Positions 8,930-17,872 of a stretch of 64,000 nucleotides of DNA are shown here, in pieces; the stretch's first letter is position 1; each line of letters opens with the position of its first letter. The DNA comes from Candidatus Nanoarchaeia archaeon (GTDB taxonomy: Archaea > Nanobdellota > Nanobdellia > SCGC-AAA011-G17 > GW2011-AR18): positions 132-64,131 of the forward strand of contig DATDVT010000045.1 of the NCBI GenBank assembly GCA_035289905.1, given 5' to 3'. A program made the translations under genes and the position numbers. Below the pieces are notes generated by a model. It had not been told where the DNA came from. It did not search any database and saw only the letters and a program-made list of their open reading frames with translations.

Positions 8930-10045
8930 TTATAAAACTTCCTTTATACTTTTAACAACTAAATCCTGTTCTTTATCTGTCAAACCAACATACAAAGGAA
9001 TTATTAAAGTATTCCTAACCGCATCCTCAGTAACTGGCAAATTATAAGTATATATCTTCTTATAAATCTCACTATCATGTATTGCCATAATCCCTCTTCT
9101 AGTAGCAACTCCTTTCTTAAGCAACTCTTCCATAATCTCTACTTGAGATTTTTTAGACCTAACTCGAATAATGTAAGATTGATAAGAATGTTTAGCATAA
9201 CTAGGCACAAAAGGAACATCAATATTCTCACATGAAGAAAAAAGATCATTATATCTCAAAGCTACTTCTCTTCGTTTATTTAAAATAAAATCTGCCTTTT
9301 TCAACTGTTCTATTCCCAGAGCAGCCTGAATATCTGTCATCTTGTAATTATAACCTATTACTGGAAAATCTTCAATTACAACAGTACTAGCTGAATGTCG
9401 TTTATCACTAGAAACTGAAGCACCATGAAATCTAAATTGTCTAGCTAAATTTGCTATTGATTCCTCATTTGTTGTCAACATACCCCCTTCACCTGTAGTT
9501 ATAGACTTTCTAGGATGAAAGCTAAAAGACGTTGCCCTAGTTAATGAACCAATTCTTTGATCATTATACTCAGAACCCAAAGCACATGCAGCATCATCAA
9601 CTAAAAACAAATTATTTTCTTCACAAATTCCATTAATTTCATCTAAATCTGCACTCAGACCAACCTGATGAACTGGCATAATCGCTTTAGTTTTTTTAGT
9701 AATTACTTCAGAAATCTTTTTAGGATCTATATTATAAGTTGACCTATCAATATCCACAAAAACAGGAGTAGCACCAGCATGCACTACAGAATTGGCAGTT
9801 GCAATATAAGTATAAGAAGGAATTATGACCTCATCTCCTCTCCCAATACCTAAAGCTAATAAAGAAATATGTAAAGCAGAAGTACATGAATTAACAGCTA
9901 TTGCATATTTAGCTCCAACATAATCAGCAAATAATTTTTCAAATTCTTCAACTTTTTTACCCTGAGTAACCCATCCAGATTCTATAACTGGTTTAATTGC
10001 TTCATATTCTTCAATACCCATATAGGGTTTCATTACGGGAATCAT
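8930..10045 (-). CDS. DegT/DnrJ/EryC1/StrS-family PLP-dependent sugar aminotransferase
   Basis: 371 aa; MIPVMKPYMGIEEYEAIKPVIESGWVTQG..., AIAVNSCTSALHISL, SFHPRKSITTGEGG (PLP-lysine region). Confidence 0.85.
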   Translation of the reverse strand: MIPVMKPYMGIEEYEAIKPVIESGWVTQGKKVEEFEKLFADYVGAKYAIAVNSCTSALHISLLALGIGRGDEVIIPSYTYIATANSVVHAGATPVFVDIDRSTYNIDPKKISEVITKKTKAIMPVHQVGLSADLDEINGICEENNLFLVDDAACALGSEYNDQRIGSLTRATSFSFHPRKSITTGEGGMLTTNEESIANLARQFRFHGASVSSDKRHSASTVVIEDFPVIGYNYKMTDIQAALGIEQLKKADFILNKRREVALRYNDLFSSCENIDVPFVPSYAKHSYQSYIIRVRSKKSQVEIMEELLKKGVATRRGIMAIHDSEIYKKIYTYNLPVTEDAVRNTLIIPLYVGLTDKEQDLVVKSIKEVL

Positions 10046-10560
10046 TTTCTCATCCTCAATAATTTAGCAGGATTCCCAACAACAATAGAATAAGGTTCAA
10101 CATCTTTAGTAACAACAGAACCAGCACCGATCACAGAACCTGTCCCAATTCTTACACTTGGTAATATTATTGAACCTACACCAATATCCACATTATCCTC
10201 AATAACTACCTTCTCATAAGTTTGCTCCCTCTCAATTATTGGAGTATCAAGATTATCATCTAAAACATGTTGTAAAGTTAAAATCTTTACACAAGGACCG
10301 ATACCCACATGATTTCCTATTTCAATACCCCCTCCAGAATGAAAAAAACACATTTGACCAATCCAAGTATGACTTCCTATTTTCATATGATTATTATAGT
10401 AGCCCTTCAAATAAGTATCATGACCAACATAAACATGATTTCCAATTTCTAAATTTTCAGGGTGAAAGACTCGAACATCTCTCTCAAAAATAACATTCTC
10501 TCCTAATTTTTTTATTTTATTTACATCTAAAATTCCATCACCATGAGATCTACATAACAC
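10042..10560 (-). CDS. left-handed beta-helix (hexapeptide) sugar N/O-acetyltransferase
   Basis: 172 aa; hexapeptide repeats IGNHVYVG.., GSVIGAGSVV; C-terminus identical to adjacent paralogue. Confidence 0.75.
   Translation of the reverse strand: MLCRSHGDGILDVNKIKKLGENVIFERDVRVFHPENLEIGNHVYVGHDTYLKGYYNNHMKIGSHTWIGQMCFFHSGGGIEIGNHVGIGPCVKILTLQHVLDDNLDTPIIEREQTYEKVVIEDNVDIGVGSIILPSVRIGTGSVIGAGSVVTKDVEPYSIVVGNPAKLLRMRK
10053..10113. repeat. 61-bp perfect direct repeat (copy 1) at 3' end of acetyltransferase gene
   Basis: TCCTCAATAATTTAGCAGGATTCCCAACAACAATAGAATAAGGTTCAACATCTTTAGTAAC identical at 10571-10631. Confidence 0.8.
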
Positions 10561-11024
10561 TATTTTAACCTCCTCAATAATTTAGCAGGATTCCCAACAA
10601 CAATAGAATAAGGTTCAACATCTTTAGTAACTACCGATCCTGAACCGACTATAGCTCCTTCACCAATAGTAATCCCACACAAAATAACTGCACCAGTACC
10701 AATAGAAGCTTTCTTCTTAACATTTGTAGGGATACAATCCCAATCAGATTCATCCATTAGTTTATTATCTTCAGTAACTGATTTAGGGTATTTATCATTA
10801 ATAAAATTAACATTATGACCTATAAAACAATCATCTTCAATATGAACTCCTTCACAAATAAATGTATGGCTTTGAATCTTTACATCACTCCCTATAACTA
10901 CACCCTTCTGTATCTCAACAAATGCCCCAATCTTAGTTCGGTCTCCAATTTTACAGCCATACAAATTAACTAAAGATTCCTGAAAGATCTTAACATCAAT
11001 ACCTAAATCAACATTAACTATCAT
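10560..11024 (-). CDS. left-handed beta-helix (hexapeptide) acetyltransferase, tandem paralogue
   Basis: 154 aa; hexapeptide repeats; shares 61-bp identical 3' segment with 10042-10560. Confidence 0.75.
   Translation of the reverse strand: MIVNVDLGIDVKIFQESLVNLYGCKIGDRTKIGAFVEIQKGVVIGSDVKIQSHTFICEGVHIEDDCFIGHNVNFINDKYPKSVTEDNKLMDESDWDCIPTNVKKKASIGTGAVILCGITIGEGAIVGSGSVVTKDVEPYSIVVGNPAKLLRRLK
10571..10631. repeat. 61-bp perfect direct repeat (copy 2)
   Basis: identical to 10053-10113; flanks diverge immediately on both sides. Confidence 0.8.
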
Positions 11025-11125
11025 AAAAAAATAATAAAAAAATAATTTAAAGGAATATGTATGCTATAAAATATATTATTTATTAATACAATAATCTTAA
11101 TAAATAATCAAAAAATAAAATCCAA

Positions 11126-12103
11126 ATGCCAAAAAATAAAAACATTTTAGTAACAGGAGGGGCAGGATTTATTGGTTGTCATTTAGTTGAAGAATTAATT
11201 AAAGATAATAGAGTCACTGTAGTTGATGATTTCTCAGTAGGTTCAATGGATAATTTAAAAGAATTTGTAAACAATCCTAATTTAAAAGTAATCAAAGAAG
11301 ATATAAGAAATCAAGAAAGAATGATTGAATTAACAAAAGAAATAGATATTATTTACCATATGGCAGTAGTTTGTCTAAGAGTCTCAATAAATAATCCAAT
11401 GATTGTAGACGAAATTAATTCAACAGGTACTTTAAAAATGCTAATTGCCGCACAAAAAAATAATGTTAAAAAATTTATTTACATTTCAAGTTCAGAAGCA
11501 TATGGATCAGCACTAAAAGCTCCAATGGATGAAACTCATCCTTTAATTCCAATAACTCTTTATGGTGCAAGTAAAGCTGCTGGAGAATTATATACTCAAT
11601 CCTTTCATTTAACTTATGGTTTACCAACTGTAATAGTTAGACCATTTAATACTTATGGACCAAAAGAACATTTTGAAGGGGCATCAGGAGAAGTAATTCC
11701 TAAATTTGTAATCAGAATAATGAATAACATCACTCCAGTAATATTCGGAGATGGAGAACAAACTAGGGATTTCACATATGTAAAGGACACTGTTGACGGA
11801 ATTATTCAAGCATCAGATTGTCCAGAATTAATTGGAGAAACAGTTAACATTGCAAGGGGAGAAGAAGTATCAATAAATAGAATATTAAACATAGTTAAAA
11901 GTGTATTAAACAAAGATATACAAGCAGAATACAGAGAAGGAAGACCAGGGGATGTAAGAAGACATTATGCAGATATAAACAAGGCAAAAAAATTCTTTAA
12001 TTATCAGCCAAATACAAGTATTGAAGATGGAATAAAGAAATATATAACTTGGTTAAAAACACAAAACATAGATTTAACTAAAGATAAAACAATTAATTGG
12101 TAA
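11126..12103 (+). CDS. NAD-dependent epimerase/dehydratase (extended SDR; UDP-sugar 4-epimerase/decarboxylase-like)
   Basis: 325 aa; ILVTGGAGFIGCHLVEEL (GxxGxxG), YGASKAAGE (YxxxK). Confidence 0.8.
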   Translation: MPKNKNILVTGGAGFIGCHLVEELIKDNRVTVVDDFSVGSMDNLKEFVNNPNLKVIKEDIRNQERMIELTKEIDIIYHMAVVCLRVSINNPMIVDEINSTGTLKMLIAAQKNNVKKFIYISSSEAYGSALKAPMDETHPLIPITLYGASKAAGELYTQSFHLTYGLPTVIVRPFNTYGPKEHFEGASGEVIPKFVIRIMNNITPVIFGDGEQTRDFTYVKDTVDGIIQASDCPELIGETVNIARGEEVSINRILNIVKSVLNKDIQAEYREGRPGDVRRHYADINKAKKFFNYQPNTSIEDGIKKYITWLKTQNIDLTKDKTINW

Positions 12104-12237
12104 ATATACTCAGGGGTATGTTTGTATGGGTAATTTATGGTATTTCAATTTAAAGTTTAGCTATAGTTGCAACTGATATTTTAGGTACCACTTTAAATAT
12201 ACTCTCAATGAAATATCCCTACAAAAAAGTAAATTAA

Positions 12238-13254
12238 TTATAAGAAATCTTCATGCCCAATTCTCTTTAATTGTTCTAATAATTCATTATGATGATGAAA
12301 TCTACATTCAGTACAATCCTTTATAGGATCTAAATCTAACTTTTTATTCATCCAAACATTCTTGAAACCCTCTTTCTTAACATTACCTAAGGGATAACAA
12401 TTTTTATGCACACAACCGTAACATGTATATAAATTTCCATCTGGAATAATAATTCCTTGAAAATTATAGATATAACATTTATTATAAGATCTTTTTTCTG
12501 CACCATAATAATTAGTTCCAAAATGAGGGACAAAAAGCACACTAATTCTTCTATTCTTAGATTCAGATTCAACTAATTCTCTAACTTCTTGCAAAATATA
12601 ATCTCCCACTGCCAATTTTTCATAACGAGCCGGTCTAAATTGAATATAATCAAAACCAAATTCATCAAATAAATCAATTGCATCTTTTGCACCCATATAA
12701 GATTCTGGACTAATAACATAACCACCCCCCAAGGTAACTTTACTTCCAAATTCTTTTTTATATTTAACTAAAGTTTTACAATTATCAATTACACGATCAT
12801 ATGAGTTACATCGATGAACCTGACTATGCATTTCTCTGTTTCCTGCATCAAAAGTAATTCTAATAAAAGTACAAATTTGAACAAGATCTTTAGCAGTAGC
12901 ATCATCAATTAAAGCACCATTTGTAAATAACCCAACAGAAATTCCCAAAGAATTAGCTAGTTTCATAGAAGGTAAAGTTGCAGGATTTAACAAAGGTTCC
13001 CCCCCACCGCTATATAACAAAGCTTTAAGATTAAATTCTTTTAATTCACGAATTATTTTAGATAGATCTTCCTCATTCATTTCTAAAGTTTTATCAAATT
13101 TATTAAGAATTCTAGGTTCACACCAAATACAATCATAATTACATCTATTAGTTGGATGAAGCTCTATACTAACTGGATCTGGGATCCCTCCTTCTAAAAA
13201 AGTTTTAATTCTATCTGAGTGCCTAAATAATTTAATACCATTCCAATTAGTCAT
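12238..13254 (-). CDS. radical SAM protein with C-terminal Cys-rich SPASM/twitch-like domain
   Basis: 338 aa; HPTNRCNYDCIWC (CxxxCxxC); C-term CYGCVHKNC...CTEC; no N-terminal B12 domain. Confidence 0.7.
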   Translation of the reverse strand: MTNWNGIKLFRHSDRIKTFLEGGIPDPVSIELHPTNRCNYDCIWCEPRILNKFDKTLEMNEEDLSKIIRELKEFNLKALLYSGGGEPLLNPATLPSMKLANSLGISVGLFTNGALIDDATAKDLVQICTFIRITFDAGNREMHSQVHRCNSYDRVIDNCKTLVKYKKEFGSKVTLGGGYVISPESYMGAKDAIDLFDEFGFDYIQFRPARYEKLAVGDYILQEVRELVESESKNRRISVLFVPHFGTNYYGAEKRSYNKCYIYNFQGIIIPDGNLYTCYGCVHKNCYPLGNVKKEGFKNVWMNKKLDLDPIKDCTECRFHHHNELLEQLKRIGHEDFL

Positions 13255-13368
13255 AATTGTTTTTTAGAAAAATTATATAAAAAGATTACTATCTTCAAGA
13301 ATCTATTGTAAAAACAGTAATATTACAAAAGGCATTAATTTTAAAAAAGAGAAATTTAATAAAATGCA

Positions 13369-14472
13369 GTGGAAATTCCTTTAATCAATTTAAAAAGACA
13401 ATATTTGGAAATTAAAGAAGAAATTAATAATTCTATTCAAGAAGTAATAAATGAAAGCTCTTTTTGTGTAGGCAGGCAAATAAAAGAATTTGAAAATAAT
13501 TTTGCAAATTATTTAAATATTAAACATGCAATTGGTGTTGCAAATGGAACTGCAGCTTTACATTTAGCATTAGAAGCAATAGATATAAAAGAAAATGATG
13601 AGATAATAACTACATCTAACACCTTTATAGCCACAGTAGAAGCTATTTGTTACCAAAAAGCTAAACCCATTCTAGTAGATATTGACGAAGAAACATATAC
13701 TATTGATATAAACAAAATCGAAGAAAAAATTACAAATAAAACAAAAGCAATAATTCCCGTACATCTATTTGGCCATCCTTGTGAAATGGATGCAATTAAA
13801 AAAATAGCTAATAAATATAACTTAAAAATAATTGAAGACTGTGCACAAGCCCATGGCGTTGAATACAAAGGACAAAAGGTAGGTACCATTGGAGATATAG
13901 GATGTTTTAGTATGTATCCTAGCAAAATATTAGGTGCTTACGGTGATGCAGGTGCAATAATTACAAATAATTATCTTTTTGCAGAAAAAATTAAAAAGTT
14001 GAAAAACCATGGAGAATCAACAAAATATAACCATGAACTTATGGGCTATAACTATAGACTAGATGGGATTCAAGCAGCTATACTAAATGTTAAATTAAAA
14101 TACCTAAATAAATGGTTAGAGAAAAGAAGAGAAATAGCAAGAATTTATAATGAAGAAATAAAAGAGTTAGTTACTATACCTTCTGAAAAAGCTTTCGCAA
14201 AACATGGATATTATTTATATGTAATAAGGGCTAAAGAAAGAAACAATTTGTTAGAATTTTTAAAAATAAAAGGGATTTCATGTGGAATACATTACCCCAT
14301 ACCCATCCATTTACAACTCGCTTATCAATCTTTAAATATGGGTGAAACAAAACTACCAATAACTGAAAGAATAAGTAAAGAAATATTGTCAGTTCCATTA
14401 TATCCAGAAATGACAAACGAAGAGATAGATTATGTAATAAATTCAATAAAAGAATATTTTAACAAAAAATGA
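13369..14472 (+). CDS. DegT/DnrJ/EryC1-family sugar aminotransferase (second copy); GTG start
   Basis: 367 aa; NFANYLNIKHAIGVANGTAALHLAL, FSMYPSKILGAYGDAGA; GTG at 13369. Confidence 0.85.
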   Translation: MEIPLINLKRQYLEIKEEINNSIQEVINESSFCVGRQIKEFENNFANYLNIKHAIGVANGTAALHLALEAIDIKENDEIITTSNTFIATVEAICYQKAKPILVDIDEETYTIDINKIEEKITNKTKAIIPVHLFGHPCEMDAIKKIANKYNLKIIEDCAQAHGVEYKGQKVGTIGDIGCFSMYPSKILGAYGDAGAIITNNYLFAEKIKKLKNHGESTKYNHELMGYNYRLDGIQAAILNVKLKYLNKWLEKRREIARIYNEEIKELVTIPSEKAFAKHGYYLYVIRAKERNNLLEFLKIKGISCGIHYPIPIHLQLAYQSLNMGETKLPITERISKEILSVPLYPEMTNEEIDYVINSIKEYFNKK

Positions 14473-15380
14473 AAAGATTAGCAATTATTAAGTATACTAT
14501 TAGCATAATCATTTTAGGCTTACTTCTAGTTACAATTAAACCCTCAAAAATTTTAGCAGTATTAAATCTTATAAACTTAAAATTAATTTTAATTATAATA
14601 ATATTAGCTTTTGCATTAATTTTACTTACAACAATTAATTTAAAAATATTTATATCACCCTATATTAAAAAAATATCATTCATTGAATTTTTTAAAAAAT
14701 ATCTAGTAACTTGGTCTATTAGTTCATTCACACCTGGAAAAATAGGAGATTTCTCTCTTTCATATTTATTAAAAGATAAGATTTCCCCTGAAGAATCAAT
14801 AGCTGCATTAATTCTAGATAAATTAATTACTTTAATAGTACTCTCGGTAATAGGAATTATTGGAGTTTTCTACATTCTTCCGAAAGAATATGCATATTTA
14901 GTTACAATAAGTTTAATTTTTATAATAGGCTTAGTAGTATATTTTATTAATTCAAAAAAAATAAAAAATTACATTGCTAATAAGTTCTTTAAAAAATACA
15001 CTATTCAAATAGAAAACTTTGAAAAAACAATTAAAGAATATATTAGAAATCACAAAAAATTAATAATAATTAATGCGATAATAACTCTAATTATTTGGAC
15101 AACAAGCAGCTCAATAATTTATATTTCATTACATTTATTCAATCAAGAAATTCCATTCATAACAACAGTATTTATCACTTGTTTGGGTAACTTAAGTTTT
15201 CTAGTTCCAATAACCATTAATGGACTAGGCTTAAGAGAAGCGATAAATATCTTCTTTTTTGAGAAATATTTTATTCCAAAAGAGTTTACTCTTACAATAT
15301 TCTTACTAATTACTGTACTAAACTATCTATTTGCATTTATATTTATCCAACTTTTTATGACAGAAAAAACAATAAATTAA
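14469..15380 (+). CDS. UPF0104 / LPG-synthase-TM (flippase-like) family membrane protein
   Basis: 303 aa polytopic; signature INGLGLREA (GLGxRE motif of PF03706-type proteins). Confidence 0.55.
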   Translation: MKRLAIIKYTISIIILGLLLVTIKPSKILAVLNLINLKLILIIIILAFALILLTTINLKIFISPYIKKISFIEFFKKYLVTWSISSFTPGKIGDFSLSYLLKDKISPEESIAALILDKLITLIVLSVIGIIGVFYILPKEYAYLVTISLIFIIGLVVYFINSKKIKNYIANKFFKKYTIQIENFEKTIKEYIRNHKKLIIINAIITLIIWTTSSSIIYISLHLFNQEIPFITTVFITCLGNLSFLVPITINGLGLREAINIFFFEKYFIPKEFTLTIFLLITVLNYLFAFIFIQLFMTEKTIN

Positions 15381-16366
15381 TCTTTCTTCCAGTTATATTC
15401 ACCAAATTTTTTATTTAAATAATTTTTAGGAAAAACTCTTAAAATTTTATTCATCACAATATCTGCAGGTCTATGACAATTCAACCAACATAGATTACAA
15501 CTAATATGTTGCTTCCTAAGTTCAATTGCTTCTTTAGAGTTCCATACTTCTTCTAAAGTTTGATTGTATAAATTTCCAATTTTATTACCTAAACCTTGAC
15601 AAAATAAAACATCTCCTGCAGAAGTAATAATAACGTTACCTCTTGTACTTAAACAAGGTAGCTTCAACTTCCCCTTTTTCCATTTATAATAACTTTCTAA
15701 ATATGGATTATAATATTTATCCTTAACATAATAATAATCTTTTGGAACTTCCTGAGTATTAAAATAAGGAACAGTATCATAAAAACTGATCATACATAAA
15801 ACTCCTAATTGATCACACAAATTCATAACATATAAAAAATCTTCATTAGTATTATTATTACTTACAGTATAATGTAATTTGATTTTAGTAAATTTCTTAA
15901 GTTGTTCAACCACATTAACTATCTTACTAACATTATCAATACCCCTTATCCTCTTCTGTGTTTCTGGACGACCATCTAAAGAAATTGCTAAATTCTTAAC
16001 AAAATACTTTTTTACTGTTTCTATTAGTTTTTCATCTAAAATACAATTAGAAAATAAAGTATAGTTTAAACCTCGCTCATTAAATAATTCCAAAATTTTT
16101 TCAAAGTTAGGATGTAACAAAGGCTCTCCGCCAGTAATTCCAAAATTACATCCTTTAACTATATCCTGATCTAATACTTTTCTTATCAAATCAATACTTA
16201 GGTCATACTTAGGCATTTGATTCCAAATAAAACAAATACTACAATTAGAATTACATCTATTAGTAAGTATAAAAGTTACTTCATAAGGCTGATTTTTAAA
16301 AATTCTATAAGCTCTTTTCATATACGAAGATGCTAAATTCAAAGTACGATAATTTAAAAAATTCAT
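15377..16366 (-). CDS. radical SAM/SPASM-domain protein
   Basis: 329 aa; TNRCNSNCSIC; C-terminal CQGLG...CNLCWLNC. Confidence 0.7.
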   Translation of the reverse strand: MNFLNYRTLNLASSYMKRAYRIFKNQPYEVTFILTNRCNSNCSICFIWNQMPKYDLSIDLIRKVLDQDIVKGCNFGITGGEPLLHPNFEKILELFNERGLNYTLFSNCILDEKLIETVKKYFVKNLAISLDGRPETQKRIRGIDNVSKIVNVVEQLKKFTKIKLHYTVSNNNTNEDFLYVMNLCDQLGVLCMISFYDTVPYFNTQEVPKDYYYVKDKYYNPYLESYYKWKKGKLKLPCLSTRGNVIITSAGDVLFCQGLGNKIGNLYNQTLEEVWNSKEAIELRKQHISCNLCWLNCHRPADIVMNKILRVFPKNYLNKKFGEYNWKKD

Positions 16367-16416
16367 ATTTTAAAAGCATCTGTGGCGTTATATAAATATT
16401 ATTATAAAAATAATAT

Positions 16417-17847
16417 TCATAATCTTCGCATATCCATAACATTCATTTTTAAAAAAAAGTACATACCTTTTAAATACCTCTGTATATCCTCCCCGTTCTT
16501 TATTCTAGCAAGCTTTCGTTTAAAGAAACCTAATCTTAAATAACACCTCCGATATGCCTCTTTTTGTAGTTTTACAAGTTCTTCACGGCTATTATACCCT
16601 TTTGAAAGATATATTGGGAATAGACTAGTATAATGACTATAGTCAAAATCTACATTTCCTTCAGCAACAAAATCTTCATAAAGTTTCGTACCTGGATAAG
16701 GGGTAGTAAGTGTAAAAATAGGATAATCAACATCCAACTCAATCGCAAAATCAATAGTTTTTTTCCCCATTTCAGGAGTTTCTCCTGGCAAACCCAACAT
16801 AAAAGATCCTTTAACTTCTATTCCAGCTTCATGTGCCCAATGAACAGCATTTCTTATTTGGAACAAAGATTGACCCTTTTGAAGACTATTCAACAATTCC
16901 TGATTAGCAGACTCTATTCCATAAGAAATACCCCAACAGCCTACAGAAGCCATTTTTTTTAAAAGCTCGAGAGTTACAAAATTTACTTTCGCATAACATG
17001 TCCAAGTTAAGTCTAGATTTTCTGTATGAAGTGCATCACAAAAATTCAATATCCATTCTTTATCCAAAACAAATTCATCATCAAAAAAATAAATTTCTCT
17101 AACCCCATACTGCTTAATTAAATATTTTATTTCTTCAATAACTCTTGAAACAGAATTTCTCCTATAGGTGGTATGCATAAAACTAGACTCATTACAAAAT
17201 TTACACATCCGATAAGTGCATCCCCTACTTGTTATCATATTTATAGTGGGCAGTCTCTTATATTGATTTGGTACTGGAATATATTTATCTATATCAAAAA
17301 ATTTTCTTAATGGAATCGGTAATGTATCTAAATCCGTTATCATAATATCATTTTCAGTTTTTGTAACAACCTCTTTTTCTCTATAATAAATACCACGTAC
17401 CATAGAAATAGAAGTATTAGCTGTTATAGCATTAACAAGATTCAATAATTTATATTCCCCTTCTCCAAAAATAATATAATCAATCTCTTTTATGTCTTCA
17501 AGAATTTTTTCTGCAAAGATACTCGCATGTGAACCACCGCAAATAATAGGTATAGTAAAACTAGATTTCAACACCTTAGCTATAGTATACGCCTCTGGAG
17601 CTTGAGATGTAAGAATACTAATACAAACAATATCTGTTTTAAATTCTTTAACCTCATACAAAAGTTGTTCTTTTGTTAACGGAGTAATAAATAAATCTAT
17701 GACTTTACAGTTATACCCTCCATTCTCTAAAACTGTAGCTAAAGAGGCAATACCTAAAGGAGGAAAAAGACCAGCAATTCTTTTTCTCTTAATATTATCT
17801 ACTAAAAATCCATGCCCTGGTGTAGGATTAATAAATAAAATATTCAT
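16417..17847 (-). CDS. cobalamin-binding class B radical SAM protein (non-canonical Cx4Cx2C)
   Basis: 476 aa; N-term B12-like domain; SRGCTYRMCKFC. Confidence 0.8.
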   Translation of the reverse strand: MNILFINPTPGHGFLVDNIKRKRIAGLFPPLGIASLATVLENGGYNCKVIDLFITPLTKEQLLYEVKEFKTDIVCISILTSQAPEAYTIAKVLKSSFTIPIICGGSHASIFAEKILEDIKEIDYIIFGEGEYKLLNLVNAITANTSISMVRGIYYREKEVVTKTENDIMITDLDTLPIPLRKFFDIDKYIPVPNQYKRLPTINMITSRGCTYRMCKFCNESSFMHTTYRRNSVSRVIEEIKYLIKQYGVREIYFFDDEFVLDKEWILNFCDALHTENLDLTWTCYAKVNFVTLELLKKMASVGCWGISYGIESANQELLNSLQKGQSLFQIRNAVHWAHEAGIEVKGSFMLGLPGETPEMGKKTIDFAIELDVDYPIFTLTTPYPGTKLYEDFVAEGNVDFDYSHYTSLFPIYLSKGYNSREELVKLQKEAYRRCYLRLGFFKRKLARIKNGEDIQRYLKGMYFFLKMNVMDMRRL

Positions 17848-17872
17848 ATAATTTTCTAATAATAAGACTAAT

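Noticed and set aside
10239-10493. 84-aa plus-strand ORF inside acetyltransferase gene
   Set aside because: Antisense to a confidently called hexapeptide acetyltransferase; no features
12104-12237. Intergenic region with short direct repeat TTAAATATACTC (12104 and 12192); checked for tRNA
   Set aside because: Too AT-rich and lacks any cloverleaf-compatible GC stems; repeat is only 12 nt and could be chance or a promoter element; not reported as a feature
12387-16064. Antisense ORFs 12387-12572, 13650-13925, 14231-14446, 15879-16064
   Set aside because: All lie within, and antisense to, confidently assigned rSAM/DegT genes
16633-16962. 109-aa plus-strand ORF inside B12-rSAM gene
   Set aside because: Antisense overlap; no motif
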